Below are positions 46,601 to 56,976 of a stretch of DNA of 64,000 bases, piece by piece. Position 1 is the first letter of the stretch; every line of letters starts with the position of its first letter. A model generated the notes under the pieces. The model did not search any database and was not told where the DNA came from. It saw only the letters and a program-made list of their open reading frames with translations. Origin of the DNA: a virus; IMG/VR virus record IMGVR_UViG_3300027974_000023, positions 1 to 64,000 of that record. One strand, written 5' to 3'. Made by a program: the position numbers and the translations under genes.

Positions 46601-49122
46601 AGTATATTAGCAAATATACCAGGCTCAGATGCTTGTTTAGGTTTAGTTGTTATTTTACCACTTTCAGCACCCGGAAGTGAGTAATTAACATTAACATTAT
46701 AAGAAGTAGCTGTACCAGCACCATTTATACTTTCTTGTCCTGATGCACCGCCCGTAATTGCCTCACCTGTCATATCAGGTATCTGAATATCTTGATAAGC
46801 AGGCCCTGGAGACACAGAACTTCTTTTACCTACCATTGATATTATAGCTTCAGCTAAACCACCAAATATCATTGGTACTATAACTGCATCTGATAATAGT
46901 TTGAATTTAGGATGATCAGATGGAGTATTAAAATTTTGCTGACTATATCCTGATAACGGACCATATGTTTTAAATTCTGTTGTAGATAAAAATGGTGTTG
47001 TCATCATAGTATCCGGTGAATGGAAACTAAAAATATCACTAGGTACAGTTTGATTATATAATGAATTTATACCAGCTTTAATAAATGGATCATTATATCC
47101 AGCTACATTTGTACCCAGTGTATTACTCAAAGGTTCAATTGTATTAAATGGATAATTTGCATATAAACCAGTAGCACTAAGATTACCTGTTCCAGGAATT
47201 TCATATGTTCTAAAGTTATTTACCATACCTTTAGCAACAATGGTTTTGTTTCCTTCTCTTGATCCTCTTAGAATTTCATAACCTACAATACCAGCAATAT
47301 CATCACCATCATTATCTTTCGGTAATGCAATGTTTTCAAAGTAAACCCCCATCAATCTAATAAAGTAATCATTAGAGTTATTTTGAGGATTTGTATTTCT
47401 TCTAAAGTGTGTTACTGTATCTGCGGCACTTCCTGCAGTATAGTCTTCAGGAAATTTATGATGTCTGATATGCTTACCACATAAATCATAAGTAGTACTT
47501 GTCTCTCCTGTCCAACAATGAGCAGAAGTATTCCATATATCATCACGGTTATCTGGATACTTTTCAGTTGATTCCCAGTATCCCATGTCTCCTGTTGCAA
47601 TAACTTTTCCACCATCATCACTAAAAGTACCAACTACAGCAGATGCATTATCTATTGTAGCAGTATTATACACTTCAAATACTTTGTCATCTGAGTATAG
47701 TGTATTTTGGTTACCTACTAATAGAGCATCTTCTAGTAGAGATCCTCCATTAGGAACGTTAAAGCTTCTAGGAGGTCTTCCTGGAATATGATATGTAGAA
47801 GTTTTATCTCCAGTGTCATAAGCCCATCTAATGAAAAAAGAATATACTTCATCTCTCATGTAGTTAGTTTTATTACCACCTTTCATATAATACTCAGCAG
47901 GGTATTCTACAGAAGCCCACTTAGTTTTAATTAAGTTAGCTAAAGGTTGATAATTAAAATCAAACTTACTTCTTGGACCAACTCTTAATAAATAATTATT
48001 AACCTCTGCCATTTGATCAGAAGTTTCAAATACTGGAGTTTGTAAAGGTAATTGTTCAAGAGGTATAGTTATATTACCTCCATTATCAATTTGATCAATA
48101 CTTATAGTTGATGTATTAGTAGAGTATATACCCATTAACTGAGCCACAGTCTGTTGATTAACACACTTTACAATAACTAATTGAAACTCATCAAAGTTTT
48201 TATTATCTGCTGATACATTTAAAGTAAGAGATCCTTGAAGATCTTGTGGAGAATAAATAAATTGGTAGTTACTTTGAGCAAAGTAATCAGTTACTTTTTG
48301 ACCTTTTATTGTATAAGCAATAAGAGCAAAATAAGTTCCGTTTGCTAAAGTACCACCTTGTTGTCCTCTTGTTAAATTTAAACAAGGAGTGGTCATAAGT
48401 CTTGCTAGTCTTATATGCTCACAATCTAATTTGTTTGTATTTGTGCATGTAATACAACCTATTGGTGTATAACCAGTTTTTGGAACAATTACATCAGCTT
48501 CATCTTTACATTTTTTTATCCACTGTACATTTGGCCAAAGCATTTTAGTTCCTCCAGGTCCTTGGTAGTAATTTGCATTTGTTCCAATTGAAGTTACGTA
48601 AAAATATTCAGGACCAGGCCATGTTTGAGGATCTCCAATATTTAAGTATCTATCAGGGTTTAAACCATCTGACCAATATACTTGCCAAGTACAATCCTCT
48701 TTTAATCTTGATACACCAGATATTAAATATCTTTTATCAAAAGCTAAACATACATCAATAACAATTGGTTTGTAACTACAATTTTCTTCTTCAAACAAAC
48801 CAATTTCAGATGATACTGGTTGACCATTTGTATTATGACCAGCTGTAAAAATTAACCATTTATCTGAAAAAAGATATATAGCGCCTATTACTAATTTTTC
48901 AGTAGCGTTAACAGGCATAAAATTACCTGCATTAAAACATAAGTAATTAGCTGATTCATTAGATATAGAACCTACTTTACCTGTCTTAGAGTTATTAACC
49001 ATGTTGACAGCATGGGTCCACATTCCTTCTGTTACATATGATGGATCAGAATCTTTATTTAGACCCTTTATGAAACTATCATTTATAACTTGAGAGCTAT
49101 TTTGCATATTGTTATCAGCCAT
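43633..49122 (-). CDS. tail stabilization / muzzle protein (P22 gp10-like)
   Basis: 1829 aa beta-rich; N-terminal FIKGLNKDSDP...AVN, FGGDTYINR, WTVSYD...WISFHDW; position after ring-protein genes. Confidence 0.75.
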   Translation of the reverse strand: MADNNMQNSSQVINDSFIKGLNKDSDPSYVTEGMWTHAVNMVNNSKTGKVGSISNESANYLCFNAGNFMPVNATEKLVIGAIYLFSDKWLIFTAGHNTNGQPVSSEIGLFEEENCSYKPIVIDVCLAFDKRYLISGVSRLKEDCTWQVYWSDGLNPDRYLNIGDPQTWPGPEYFYVTSIGTNANYYQGPGGTKMLWPNVQWIKKCKDEADVIVPKTGYTPIGCITCTNTNKLDCEHIRLARLMTTPCLNLTRGQQGGTLANGTYFALIAYTIKGQKVTDYFAQSNYQFIYSPQDLQGSLTLNVSADNKNFDEFQLVIVKCVNQQTVAQLMGIYSTNTSTISIDQIDNGGNITIPLEQLPLQTPVFETSDQMAEVNNYLLRVGPRSKFDFNYQPLANLIKTKWASVEYPAEYYMKGGNKTNYMRDEVYSFFIRWAYDTGDKTSTYHIPGRPPRSFNVPNGGSLLEDALLVGNQNTLYSDDKVFEVYNTATIDNASAVVGTFSDDGGKVIATGDMGYWESTEKYPDNRDDIWNTSAHCWTGETSTTYDLCGKHIRHHKFPEDYTAGSAADTVTHFRRNTNPQNNSNDYFIRLMGVYFENIALPKDNDGDDIAGIVGYEILRGSREGNKTIVAKGMVNNFRTYEIPGTGNLSATGLYANYPFNTIEPLSNTLGTNVAGYNDPFIKAGINSLYNQTVPSDIFSFHSPDTMMTTPFLSTTEFKTYGPLSGYSQQNFNTPSDHPKFKLLSDAVIVPMIFGGLAEAIISMVGKRSSVSPGPAYQDIQIPDMTGEAITGGASGQESINGAGTATSYNVNVNYSLPGAESGKITTKPKQASEPGIFANILADFTKSKTIYGVGGVIIADAMAGGGGLETIYSTNAALGLSADGGVYTGSQLNTEFAPSQYLPTALAVLNNLAKIAFYFSEGARVTLDLIYAVVGYKQFALQQKAYGFYSNMDKNLNTDITRFKMEDGFYLRDNIQTVSRYQDNTGAWRSYSLNNIKRSPKVVVRTKAGNNQNIGPKLLSGDKSLTTLGTLLQASDFNNYLPTGTVKPDFTHLDRTFSLPIQSHYGAIRGRVRNQYGQLDSIKQLPVGTCEQKIANTIVNPSTVVCNGVNKTKNTIYRSPLMFGGDTYINRYTEKDSMCFFYDWLYDQPDGFEYNYYLRSMIPNPRFRLNSRKYDIQDLAGAVDFKNIVTILSGSSITAPPGEGVTPSDFYNLDYYVDDGQKYNYSNDVASNYPGLFVCKQSAFYLAVSSIKDFFVESEVLVDFRTQPEEIARKYYNPYNFTDYNSMFDTNPTILGVNSYNQYDYSLSVSKLYNQYFSLSTIQSRYYNPNVADLCYTYYPNRIIYSLPQQDEMVKDSWFIYLVNNYKTFKSKVSGVKAINKSGIVITFKNDSPIMYQGVDTLQTDLGTKVTLGDGGLFSQPPQQLTNADKPYEYGASQNRLSVISTPVGIYYMSQAAGKIFSIGDGLQEISQQGMKWWFTLFLPYKLLQDFPLYPYQDNPVAGIGCQSVFDNTNTILYFCKKDYQLKDEYKGQVTYVPLKGDNTGDYFMINGNISAKFKLGDPILFRDASWTVSYDPKNQFWISFHDWHPDLLLPTKDVFISTKGTGGWRHNWICDNYCNYYGVDYACEIDIPITTGQTVTTTRSIEYIMEAYRKTDNCVDSYHVLDYNFDSAVIYNSEQVSGYLNLNIYPKNDLPLTRQFPRLNPATGTSFDILFTKEENKYRFNQFWDITNNRGEFPIGSPYPAGQGQYIPGTTTLIGNYSNESTWVTEPDGFRRVLNSNNLDYTKPELERKKFRHYMSFINLKKKISGNTNIILKISDSKNEISQR

Positions 49123-49124
49123 AA

Positions 49125-50183
49125 TTATATAACTTTAGTATTATAATTTAATCTTGTATAGTTACCAACTGTTGGAGCCTTGAACATATCATAGTATTTA
49201 GAATACTGTGCTCTTCTGTTAGTCCACCATAGTTGCTCCATCTCTTTAAAGTTTGGAGTATTAACTAAACTTAATGCATTCACTCTAGATTCTTTTAACT
49301 CAGGTAGGATGACCTGCAGTCTTTGAGCTACATCCTCACCATTTAAATATAAATTCTCAAGAATTCTTTTCTTGAAAGCATACTCATAGTAATCATTAAG
49401 TCTTGGATGATCAGGAACCATTAAGTTTCCATTCTCATCTTGTAATTCTCCTTGGTAGTTTACATACACATGACCATCTTGGAAAGTAGTAAAAAGAAAT
49501 CCATCTTTAAGCCATCCTTCATCTGGACCATTATGATATAAATTTGGACAATCACCATCAATGTTCTGACTAGCTTTCATTCTTAACTGAGTCATCACAG
49601 TATATTTTCTTGTAAGTCCTGGATGTACTACTTGTATTAGCTCATAAGATTCTCCTTTACAATTCATAAATACTCTTGGAGCAATACATGTATCACCATA
49701 AGGATTATTAGGATCATATTCTGTCGGAATAGAATTTGTAACTGGAGTATTTAATTCACAACCTGCTGTATGATTACATGGATTTGAATTACATGTTCTA
49801 CAGTTTACTGTTTCTGGTGTGCATAAATCTATACCTCCTGGGAATTCTTTGTATTTTGCAGGAGCAGGAAATGGTCTTTCTTGTATATTAGTACCACCCA
49901 TTCTACCATCATAACCAACATGCTCGGTTCTTTCATGACAAGACATACCATAATTCCACACATAGAAGTCATCTGGAAGCTTAACTCTTCCATGACAGAT
50001 ATCTAGTACAACTTCTTTAGTTTGATTGATTCTAAGGCCTAAATCATAATTAATCTTTCTAGCAAGTTTGATTAATTGTTGAGGCTCTATCATGTTTTCT
50101 AAAGCAAAACTTGATAAGTCAATTTGAACATCTTCCATCAATTGGTCAAATGTTCGGAAGCGGAGTGTGTAATTAAAATCCAT
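49125..50183 (-). CDS. tail ring / tubular protein
   Basis: VKLPDDF...VYVNYQG...DENGNLMVPD...YYEY pattern; adjacent to the muzzle gene. Confidence 0.65.
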   Translation of the reverse strand: MDFNYTLRFRTFDQLMEDVQIDLSSFALENMIEPQQLIKLARKINYDLGLRINQTKEVVLDICHGRVKLPDDFYVWNYGMSCHERTEHVGYDGRMGGTNIQERPFPAPAKYKEFPGGIDLCTPETVNCRTCNSNPCNHTAGCELNTPVTNSIPTEYDPNNPYGDTCIAPRVFMNCKGESYELIQVVHPGLTRKYTVMTQLRMKASQNIDGDCPNLYHNGPDEGWLKDGFLFTTFQDGHVYVNYQGELQDENGNLMVPDHPRLNDYYEYAFKKRILENLYLNGEDVAQRLQVILPELKESRVNALSLVNTPNFKEMEQLWWTNRRAQYSKYYDMFKAPTVGNYTRLNYNTKVI

Positions 50184-50854
50184 TATCTTAAGATATTTTG
50201 ACCATCATCAGAACCATCTGTTGGAATCTGTGCAGCCATGGTTAATTCTTTAACAACATATTGTTCTATTTCAGAAAATAAATATTCTGGAAATGGTAAT
50301 GCATTATCTTGTCTAAGTTTACATTGATCTTCTTTAGAACATAAGTAAGCACTTTTATCAGCATCAAATATTGCTTCAACTCTGATAGCATCCCAATCAA
50401 TATTAGGACAATATAAGTAACCTTCTGAAAACCAGAAGTATCTTCTTTTATTATATTTAAAAGTAGTTGATTTTGTAATAGATACCCATGTACCTGGTTG
50501 AGTTCTGTACATAATATCTGTACCATCAATAGAAGACACAGTACGGATAATAGGACCCATTATACCAGATAGTATTCCAGGGATTTTTTCTTTACTTCTC
50601 TTAAAGTAACATCCTGAATATACACCAGTACAGCCAGCCTCTATCTTATCTACATCAATAAGTTCTACATATGGTAATACAGTGAATATAGAACTTATTT
50701 TCATAAGTCTATACTGGTTGTCCTCTCTCTTTAAGAGAGTCTGCCCATACTTCAGTAAAGAATAATATATAGTTCTGTCAGTTAAGAAAGGATCCTCCTT
50801 AACAGCTTTTAATGTATTTCTTACTCTTGATATAGCTTCTCCAATTGTTGTCAT
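50183..50854 (-). CDS. tail ring protein
   Basis: 223 aa; ISRVRN...LTDRTI...GYLY...IRVEAIF...FP...IP.DGSDD; synteny with crAss ring genes. Confidence 0.6.
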   Translation of the reverse strand: MTTIGEAISRVRNTLKAVKEDPFLTDRTIYYSLLKYGQTLLKREDNQYRLMKISSIFTVLPYVELIDVDKIEAGCTGVYSGCYFKRSKEKIPGILSGIMGPIIRTVSSIDGTDIMYRTQPGTWVSITKSTTFKYNKRRYFWFSEGYLYCPNIDWDAIRVEAIFDADKSAYLCSKEDQCKLRQDNALPFPEYLFSEIEQYVVKELTMAAQIPTDGSDDGQNILR

Positions 50855-51432
50855 AGGTCAAATTCATTATATGTTTTTAAAGCTTCAGACTGCTCTTTAG
50901 TTTTTCTATCTTTATATACTTCTTTATTATAAGTAAGCTTAACTTGTCTTCCATTTTCAACTACAACATATATGTTCCAGTTCTCAGGATATGTTTTTGC
51001 TACACTTCTTTTAAAATCTCTACAAGCAACAAAAGTCCAAAACTCTCTATTCTTTATCTTATGTTTTGGTGCAAAATTGCTATAGAATATCTTTGCTAAT
51101 TTTCCATCAGTGGCAAAGTTGTTATTGGAAACTTGCACACCATATGTTTTGGATTTATTAAAGTCAACATTATATTTCTTACTTTGCTGACAGGTTCCAA
51201 TAAAAAGCCATCCTATTTGTTCCGGTAACTGAACACCATCTCTGGTATCTATTACTGTATTATATACATATTGATTAAATGTTTTAGCTATTTTCTTTAA
51301 AGCTGCATTTGTCAACTTAGCATATTTAGGATGCTTCTTTCTAAAATTATCAAAGAACTTTTCATTTAAAACATTGTAAACTTCTGGTCTAAATCTTGGA
51401 GCTGTTAAATCTGGTTTCTTAAATTCCTTCAT
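50851..51432 (-). CDS. IHF/HU-like DNA-binding protein
   Basis: Basic; KKIAKTFN...GVQLPEQIGWLFI...VDFNKS; crAss-like phages carry IHF homologs at this position. Start moved to MKEFK. Confidence 0.6.
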   Translation of the reverse strand: MKEFKKPDLTAPRFRPEVYNVLNEKFFDNFRKKHPKYAKLTNAALKKIAKTFNQYVYNTVIDTRDGVQLPEQIGWLFIGTCQQSKKYNVDFNKSKTYGVQVSNNNFATDGKLAKIFYSNFAPKHKIKNREFWTFVACRDFKRSVAKTYPENWNIYVVVENGRQVKLTYNKEVYKDRKTKEQSEALKTYNEFDL

Positions 51433-51434
51433 AA

Positions 51435-51446
51435 TAATATAGTAAA
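51435..51446 (-). promoter_or_regulatory. putative late promoter motif TTTACTATATTA
   Basis: Identical 12-mer at 62183-62194. Confidence 0.5.
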
Positions 51447-51475
51447 AATATGTGATATTAGCAAATATAGCTATA

Positions 51476-51503
51476 AAACAAAACCCCCGCAAGTGCAGGG
51501 GTC
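51476..51503 (-). terminator. probable intrinsic terminator
   Basis: GC hairpin ACCCCTGCACTTGCGGGGGT followed by a T-rich tract on the - strand, downstream of the 51553 gene. Confidence 0.55.
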
Positions 51504-51552
51504 TGTCCGTAGTTGTAGAATAAACCAACAAACTTCAACTAACTAATTATAT

Positions 51553-53382
51553 TTAATCTTTAACAAGTCTGACAGAGTGACCCCAGTTTTTTCCATAGGA
51601 GCCTCTAAATAAATTAGGATTTGTATTATCTAAATCATAACTTCCTGCATCAAGAGTATCAACTTCTGTAGAAGTCCACCAACGAGTAACTTTCCCAATA
51701 TTTGAAAAATTTCCACCATTTACACGGTAACCTGCTGGAAGTGCTGTAAATCCTGATTCATTTGTGGCAGCGGTATTGGGAGCAATCCAATAACTTAAAC
51801 CTATTTCTTTCATCTTACCTCCTGCTACTGAATCGCCACCTAAATAAGTTGATAATGTAGCAACTTCACCATCGGTAGGAATATGATAACCTACTGGTGA
51901 AAGACCTCTAGGATCGTTTACAGCATACCAGTTATATAATTTACCATATAAAGGTTCAGTTAAAGGATCATTATTATAGTAACACCAAGCACCTGTTGTT
52001 AATGATGCCCACGCAGTAGGATCAGTAACCTGAGGAATTACATCTCCGTTTCTGTATGTTGTTATACCTAAATTACATCTAGTCCATACTTGAGATCCAA
52101 TAGTAACATCATCAGCACATGTTGGATCTTTTACAGCTCTAACTGATAAACCAAATTTTTTAGAATTATTAGTGCTATAAGCTTCATTTGTATTATAATT
52201 CAAATTACCATACCATGCATTATTTACACTTTCTTCTGCAGTAGTCCACCAATAAGCAAGATAACCAGAATAAAGATAATCACCATTTTGTGTACGTTCT
52301 CCAGCCGGTAATGCTGTGAAAAAACTTGAATTAGTTGGAGGATCAATAGAAGCATATTGCCAATATGAAGCATTTATTTCTGTAACACAAGTTCTATCCA
52401 ATGAACCAATTTGTTTCAATGCTATTCCTGCAGTTGCATTTCCACCTACTGTATCAATTAAAGTTTGCCATTCATAACGTGTTGGTATATGATATCCTTC
52501 TGGAGTTAAACCTCTAGAATCATTAATTGCATACCAATTGTATAACTTACCAAATGCAGGTTCAGTATCTGGATTATTGTCATAGTAACACCAAGCACCC
52601 GTAGTCAAAGCAGCCCATTCAACCGGATCTTCCACATAAGGAATAGGATCACCATTCTTATATGTTGTTACACCTAAATTACATTGATTCCAAGTTTGAT
52701 CACCAATAACTACATCACCTGAACACATTGGAGGAATCTCAAAAGGTGTTAAAGGATGATCAGCTGTAGCAGTCATAAGTTTTTTAACAAGTTGCATTAG
52801 ATCCCCTAAAACAGTTCTATATTCTAAATAGTGATTATAATCAGGTGCTTGATAATCTGTAAAATCTACTGTATATGTATATATTATACCTGTTGATTGC
52901 GGTGAAGTTTCAATAAGTTGAGTAAAAGAATGAATACCTGTAAGTTTATTAGGATCAGTATTAAGTTTAAATGAGTTTCTAATTTGCATTTTCTTTGCTT
53001 GAAATGCAATATCTTTCATGTAAAACCCATCAGTTTGATTATAGAATAAATTACATAATTTATTGTATTCATCACGTGGAATACACCTTTCATTTAAAAC
53101 TTGTGGAATAATTATTTCTCCAGTTACAGGATCTTGATAATCAGCTTCTCTATAAAAAGCAATTGAAGCTGTAAAATATTCTATAACTGCTTTTGCCCAT
53201 ACATCATGTGTTGCATTAGCAGTTGTAAACATATCACCATTTCCTGTCATATCTGGAGCTGCTGTATTTTCAGTACAAGTGTTTCCTACAGCACCATAAT
53301 AATAACAATAATCATCTAAATCAAAAGAACAAACTCTTGGTCTTTGATTATTCCAAATTTCTATATTCTTAATAAATCCCAT
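51553..53382 (-). CDS. fibre / receptor-binding protein with two Fib_succ_major (FISUMP) domains
   Basis: Two copies of IG.Q.W...NL...Y.NGD.IP...GKLYNWYA...P.GYHIPT..E...FTALPAG.R...WW...G.SVR.VKD. Confidence 0.8.
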   Translation of the reverse strand: MGFIKNIEIWNNQRPRVCSFDLDDYCYYYGAVGNTCTENTAAPDMTGNGDMFTTANATHDVWAKAVIEYFTASIAFYREADYQDPVTGEIIIPQVLNERCIPRDEYNKLCNLFYNQTDGFYMKDIAFQAKKMQIRNSFKLNTDPNKLTGIHSFTQLIETSPQSTGIIYTYTVDFTDYQAPDYNHYLEYRTVLGDLMQLVKKLMTATADHPLTPFEIPPMCSGDVVIGDQTWNQCNLGVTTYKNGDPIPYVEDPVEWAALTTGAWCYYDNNPDTEPAFGKLYNWYAINDSRGLTPEGYHIPTRYEWQTLIDTVGGNATAGIALKQIGSLDRTCVTEINASYWQYASIDPPTNSSFFTALPAGERTQNGDYLYSGYLAYWWTTAEESVNNAWYGNLNYNTNEAYSTNNSKKFGLSVRAVKDPTCADDVTIGSQVWTRCNLGITTYRNGDVIPQVTDPTAWASLTTGAWCYYNNDPLTEPLYGKLYNWYAVNDPRGLSPVGYHIPTDGEVATLSTYLGGDSVAGGKMKEIGLSYWIAPNTAATNESGFTALPAGYRVNGGNFSNIGKVTRWWTSTEVDTLDAGSYDLDNTNPNLFRGSYGKNWGHSVRLVKD

Positions 53383-53383
53383 C

Positions 53384-54736
53384 TTAAACTGTAAATTTTA
53401 ATTCATATTTGTATCTGTGAAATAGTGCATAATCATTAGCCCATACAAAAGGTGTATTTGCTAAAATAAATTCATCAAGTGCTTTGTACCATGCATCTCT
53501 TCTTGCTCTAGTATCAACATTTAAGTCACTTATTATACCACCTAATGTTGCACTCCACATATTTGTGACTGGATCCCATGCATATTCACTAAAGTATGTT
53601 GGATCTAACGGGTCAGTTGCCCATTTTACTAATTGACCAGGTTGTCCAGTAGGGGGTGTATTACCAAAAGGTACTGCAAGAATCCAATAAAACTTAGCTC
53701 CTGTATTTACATTAATAGTAGGAAATCTTTGTGCTAATGTTTGATTATTCAATTGAGGCCAAGGAATTTCTGACCAAATTCTAAATGAACATTCCGGACA
53801 TCCCCATAAAACATTATAATTTTGTAAACCACCTTTGTATAGCACTAATTGATCACCTATATTACCTTGTTGCCATTGTGTGTAATTTAGAGCTTCATCA
53901 GGTACAGGAGTACCTACATACTCATTCATTAAGTTTTCATTTGTGTTTTTAAGAAACTCATCTCTATTTCTTCTATAATTTGAAGCAGCACCTTCATAAC
54001 CCGGTTCAAAACATTCCATACAACACATGTTTTTTATTTCAGTACATGTTGGCATATATAATGGATCATCCATAAAGTCTAGTGGTGTATTGGCAAATTT
54101 AGTTTTTTTACCATTATTTTTAAAATTTCTTCCTCCTAAAAATGCTTGTCTTGGTTGAGGTGTATCAACTATCATTGAATAACAATCTGATGCATATACA
54201 AAATGAACTACTTCTTTACATCCATTTGCATCTATAACTGTTAATTGAACATTGGTTACTTTTATATTTTTATCTATATTACCTGTCATAATAGAGTTAG
54301 CGGCAATACATGTTAATGTTAAAGTAGGTAATGTTGTAGAACCAGAAATGAAATGACCAACAAATTCTCCTTGAGCAATGTCCCATTGATAAGTATACGG
54401 TGCTAGTCCATTTGTAATTTCTGTTGATAAAGATGGACCATCTACTTCTTCATCATTTGTAATTATATTTACATTTAATTCACATTTTTTGCATATTAAA
54501 TCTAACACACTTTGTAATGCATTTTCTAAACTTTCAGAATTATCTACTACGCTAAATGTAGTACCGCAGTACATAATATCTCCAGCAGTATATTGTATAC
54601 ATGCTGTGTCAAGTATCTCAGAACAAATATAATCTTCTGGACAAGTTCCAGGATCAGGACATATTGTATATGATTTAGGTGTATAGTTTAAAACTACTTT
54701 TTTATTACTACCACCACAGTTTCTACAAATTGGCAT
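53384..54736 (-). CDS. Cys-rich tail fibre-associated protein with Ig/SprB-like repeat
   Basis: N-terminal C.E...ACIQYT...LICK module; GLAPYTYQW...VIDANGC. Confidence 0.55.
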   Translation of the reverse strand: MPICRNCGGSNKKVVLNYTPKSYTICPDPGTCPEDYICSEILDTACIQYTAGDIMYCGTTFSVVDNSESLENALQSVLDLICKKCELNVNIITNDEEVDGPSLSTEITNGLAPYTYQWDIAQGEFVGHFISGSTTLPTLTLTCIAANSIMTGNIDKNIKVTNVQLTVIDANGCKEVVHFVYASDCYSMIVDTPQPRQAFLGGRNFKNNGKKTKFANTPLDFMDDPLYMPTCTEIKNMCCMECFEPGYEGAASNYRRNRDEFLKNTNENLMNEYVGTPVPDEALNYTQWQQGNIGDQLVLYKGGLQNYNVLWGCPECSFRIWSEIPWPQLNNQTLAQRFPTINVNTGAKFYWILAVPFGNTPPTGQPGQLVKWATDPLDPTYFSEYAWDPVTNMWSATLGGIISDLNVDTRARRDAWYKALDEFILANTPFVWANDYALFHRYKYELKFTV

Positions 54737-54738
54737 AG

Positions 54739-55290
54739 TTAATCTAAATTAGTAAGTGTATAATATATTGTTTTCTTAATACCATTAGCATCAGTAACAT
54801 CTAATCTTATATGTGACATATACACAGCTCCCGTAGCACCACTGATACCACCTACTTGTAAAGAGTTACCAGGTATAGGAAGTAAAGTAACACTTGAAAA
54901 AGTATATTCATTATTTTGTATTTCATGGCAAACAAAGGCACCTTGTGATATTGACCATAAATATTGATATGGGCCTTGACCACCTGATACTGTTGCAGAT
55001 AAACCGTAACCCTGATTATTAATTATAATATTTATACCATCTCCTTTTAAAGAACAAACTTCATCAACAAGGTTTTGTAATATATCTTGTAAATTTGTAT
55101 TAGTAGCAACAACAGTAGTGTTACCACATTTAAGATCTAGTCCTGTATATATAACACATGAGGAATCAAATGTGTCTTCACATTTTTGAGGTGAAGGACA
55201 TATAGCAGGATCTGAGCATGGTGCTACCGGTAAGAAAGTATCCTTGCATCCGCAATCTTGGCATCCACAATCTTTACATTTATTTTCCAT
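54739..55290 (-). CDS. Cys-rich fibre-associated protein, paralog of 53384-54736
   Basis: CEDTFDSSCVIYTG...LVDEVC; GGQGPYQYLW...VTDANG. Confidence 0.55.
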   Translation of the reverse strand: MENKCKDCGCQDCGCKDTFLPVAPCSDPAICPSPQKCEDTFDSSCVIYTGLDLKCGNTTVVATNTNLQDILQNLVDEVCSLKGDGINIIINNQGYGLSATVSGGQGPYQYLWSISQGAFVCHEIQNNEYTFSSVTLLPIPGNSLQVGGISGATGAVYMSHIRLDVTDANGIKKTIYYTLTNLD

Positions 55291-55322
55291 TATGTTTAAT
55301 TATTTATATTATACAATTTCAT

Positions 55323-56963
55323 CTAATCTTTTATAAGTCTTACAGAAAATCCAGCTGTTTTAAGATAGGGGCTTCTGTTTATCTGACCACTGTAACTGTA
55401 AATGAAGTGGCTCCAAGCACTGACCGTATTTAAACTGTAATTTGTAGAAGTCCACCACATACCGACTTCATTCATGTTACTATTAAAATTTCCAGTATCA
55501 AAACGGAGTGAACCCCCAAGAGCAGTAAAACACACGCTATTTATTGCACCTGTATTAGGAGAATTCCAATGTGTATTTCCAATCTCTTTCAATTCGCCCC
55601 CTGCAACAGTTGTTCCACCTACATAATTTATTAAAACCGTCCATTCATCATCTGTCGCTACGTGATAACCAGTAGGGGCTAATCCGCGAGGATCATTAAC
55701 AGCATACCAGTTATATAATTTTCCATATACGGCATTATTTGCAGGATCATTATCGTAGTAACACCATGCACCAGTAGTTAAAGCAGCCCACGCAGTAGGA
55801 TCCGTCACTTCAGGTATGGGGTCTCCATTTCTGTAAGTTGTAACATCTAAGTTTTTACAAGTCCAAGTTTGTGTTCCAATAACAACTTCTCCAGTAATAC
55901 AAGCACAAGGATCTGGTGTACCGCCACAAGGATAACTAAGATCAAGTGTACATTGTGGTGCTCCATAACATTCTGTAAACGTATAACCGCTTGGACAGGA
56001 ATAGGTTATTCCTGTACTACCTGCCTGAGGTAATCTAATTGGAGGATCTACAATTAAATCTTTTGTTTTGAACATTATATAAGGCTCAAGATCATCAACA
56101 GTTGCTGTACTTGAAGCCATTAAATTTTGTAAATCTAAAACAGGTATATCATAAACTTCAGCAGCAAACCCGTATAAATCAAAAAAGTTATAACCAGATA
56201 ATTCAAAAACATGATCCCCTACAGGTAGATTTATAGGAAACATATGCCAATAATTAAAAGGTCCTGTATTTGATGGATCTGGAGGAGTTCCTGAAGAACT
56301 AGGTGAAGCCCAAAGATTAACTAAATTTAAACTTGTTACACCTCCCTGAAATGTTGTTGATGTTATACCAGCCTTTACTTGATTATCTCCAGCTAATGCA
56401 AAAATATAAGTTTTATCTTGTGTAATTGTAATACAAAATCTAAGAGTAAACCATGTATTAAATGGATAATCAGTTCCCCATAGTGAATTATAATTCAATC
56501 TACCTCCTGTAGTTGTACCATTTGAATTAAATATTTGGTTACCAGCTACAGATAATGTAGGCGAATATGTTAGACCAGTACCTGCAGCATCTTTAACTAT
56601 ATATGTAGGACTACTGTAGCCATTGATTGGAAACGTAGCTCCTGTAATATTTGGATATAGTGCTCCACCAAGATTTCCATATACAACGGCTTTATTACCT
56701 ACAATAATAGGATAAAATGTACCACCACTTGCTGTAGCAGGAATTCTTTCTACTTTTTCACATATATTAGTTAATGTGTTTAATGTATAACCTTCTGCAC
56801 AGCTACAGCATACAATTTCACACCATTCAGTACCTGTCCAATATTTTGTTACACAATTTGCAGGATCAAGTAATTGCCAATTATCATTTGCATTTCTTAT
56901 ATGAACATTGCAATCACATATATCTACCCAATTAGAACCATTAAATACTTTATATTTTCCCAT
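55323..56963 (-). CDS. fibre / receptor-binding protein with C-terminal Fib_succ_major domain
   Basis: Cys-rich N-terminus, central beta-sandwich-like region, IGTQTWTCKNL...YGKLYNWYA...GFSVRLIKD. Confidence 0.75.
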   Translation of the reverse strand: MGKYKVFNGSNWVDICDCNVHIRNANDNWQLLDPANCVTKYWTGTEWCEIVCCSCAEGYTLNTLTNICEKVERIPATASGGTFYPIIVGNKAVVYGNLGGALYPNITGATFPINGYSSPTYIVKDAAGTGLTYSPTLSVAGNQIFNSNGTTTGGRLNYNSLWGTDYPFNTWFTLRFCITITQDKTYIFALAGDNQVKAGITSTTFQGGVTSLNLVNLWASPSSSGTPPDPSNTGPFNYWHMFPINLPVGDHVFELSGYNFFDLYGFAAEVYDIPVLDLQNLMASSTATVDDLEPYIMFKTKDLIVDPPIRLPQAGSTGITYSCPSGYTFTECYGAPQCTLDLSYPCGGTPDPCACITGEVVIGTQTWTCKNLDVTTYRNGDPIPEVTDPTAWAALTTGAWCYYDNDPANNAVYGKLYNWYAVNDPRGLAPTGYHVATDDEWTVLINYVGGTTVAGGELKEIGNTHWNSPNTGAINSVCFTALGGSLRFDTGNFNSNMNEVGMWWTSTNYSLNTVSAWSHFIYSYSGQINRSPYLKTAGFSVRLIKD

Positions 56964-56976
56964 TTTTAGTTATTTA

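Noticed and set aside
51553-56963. Diversity-generating retroelement
   Set aside because: No reverse transcriptase and no template repeat differing only at adenines seen in this window; the repeats are coding paralogs.
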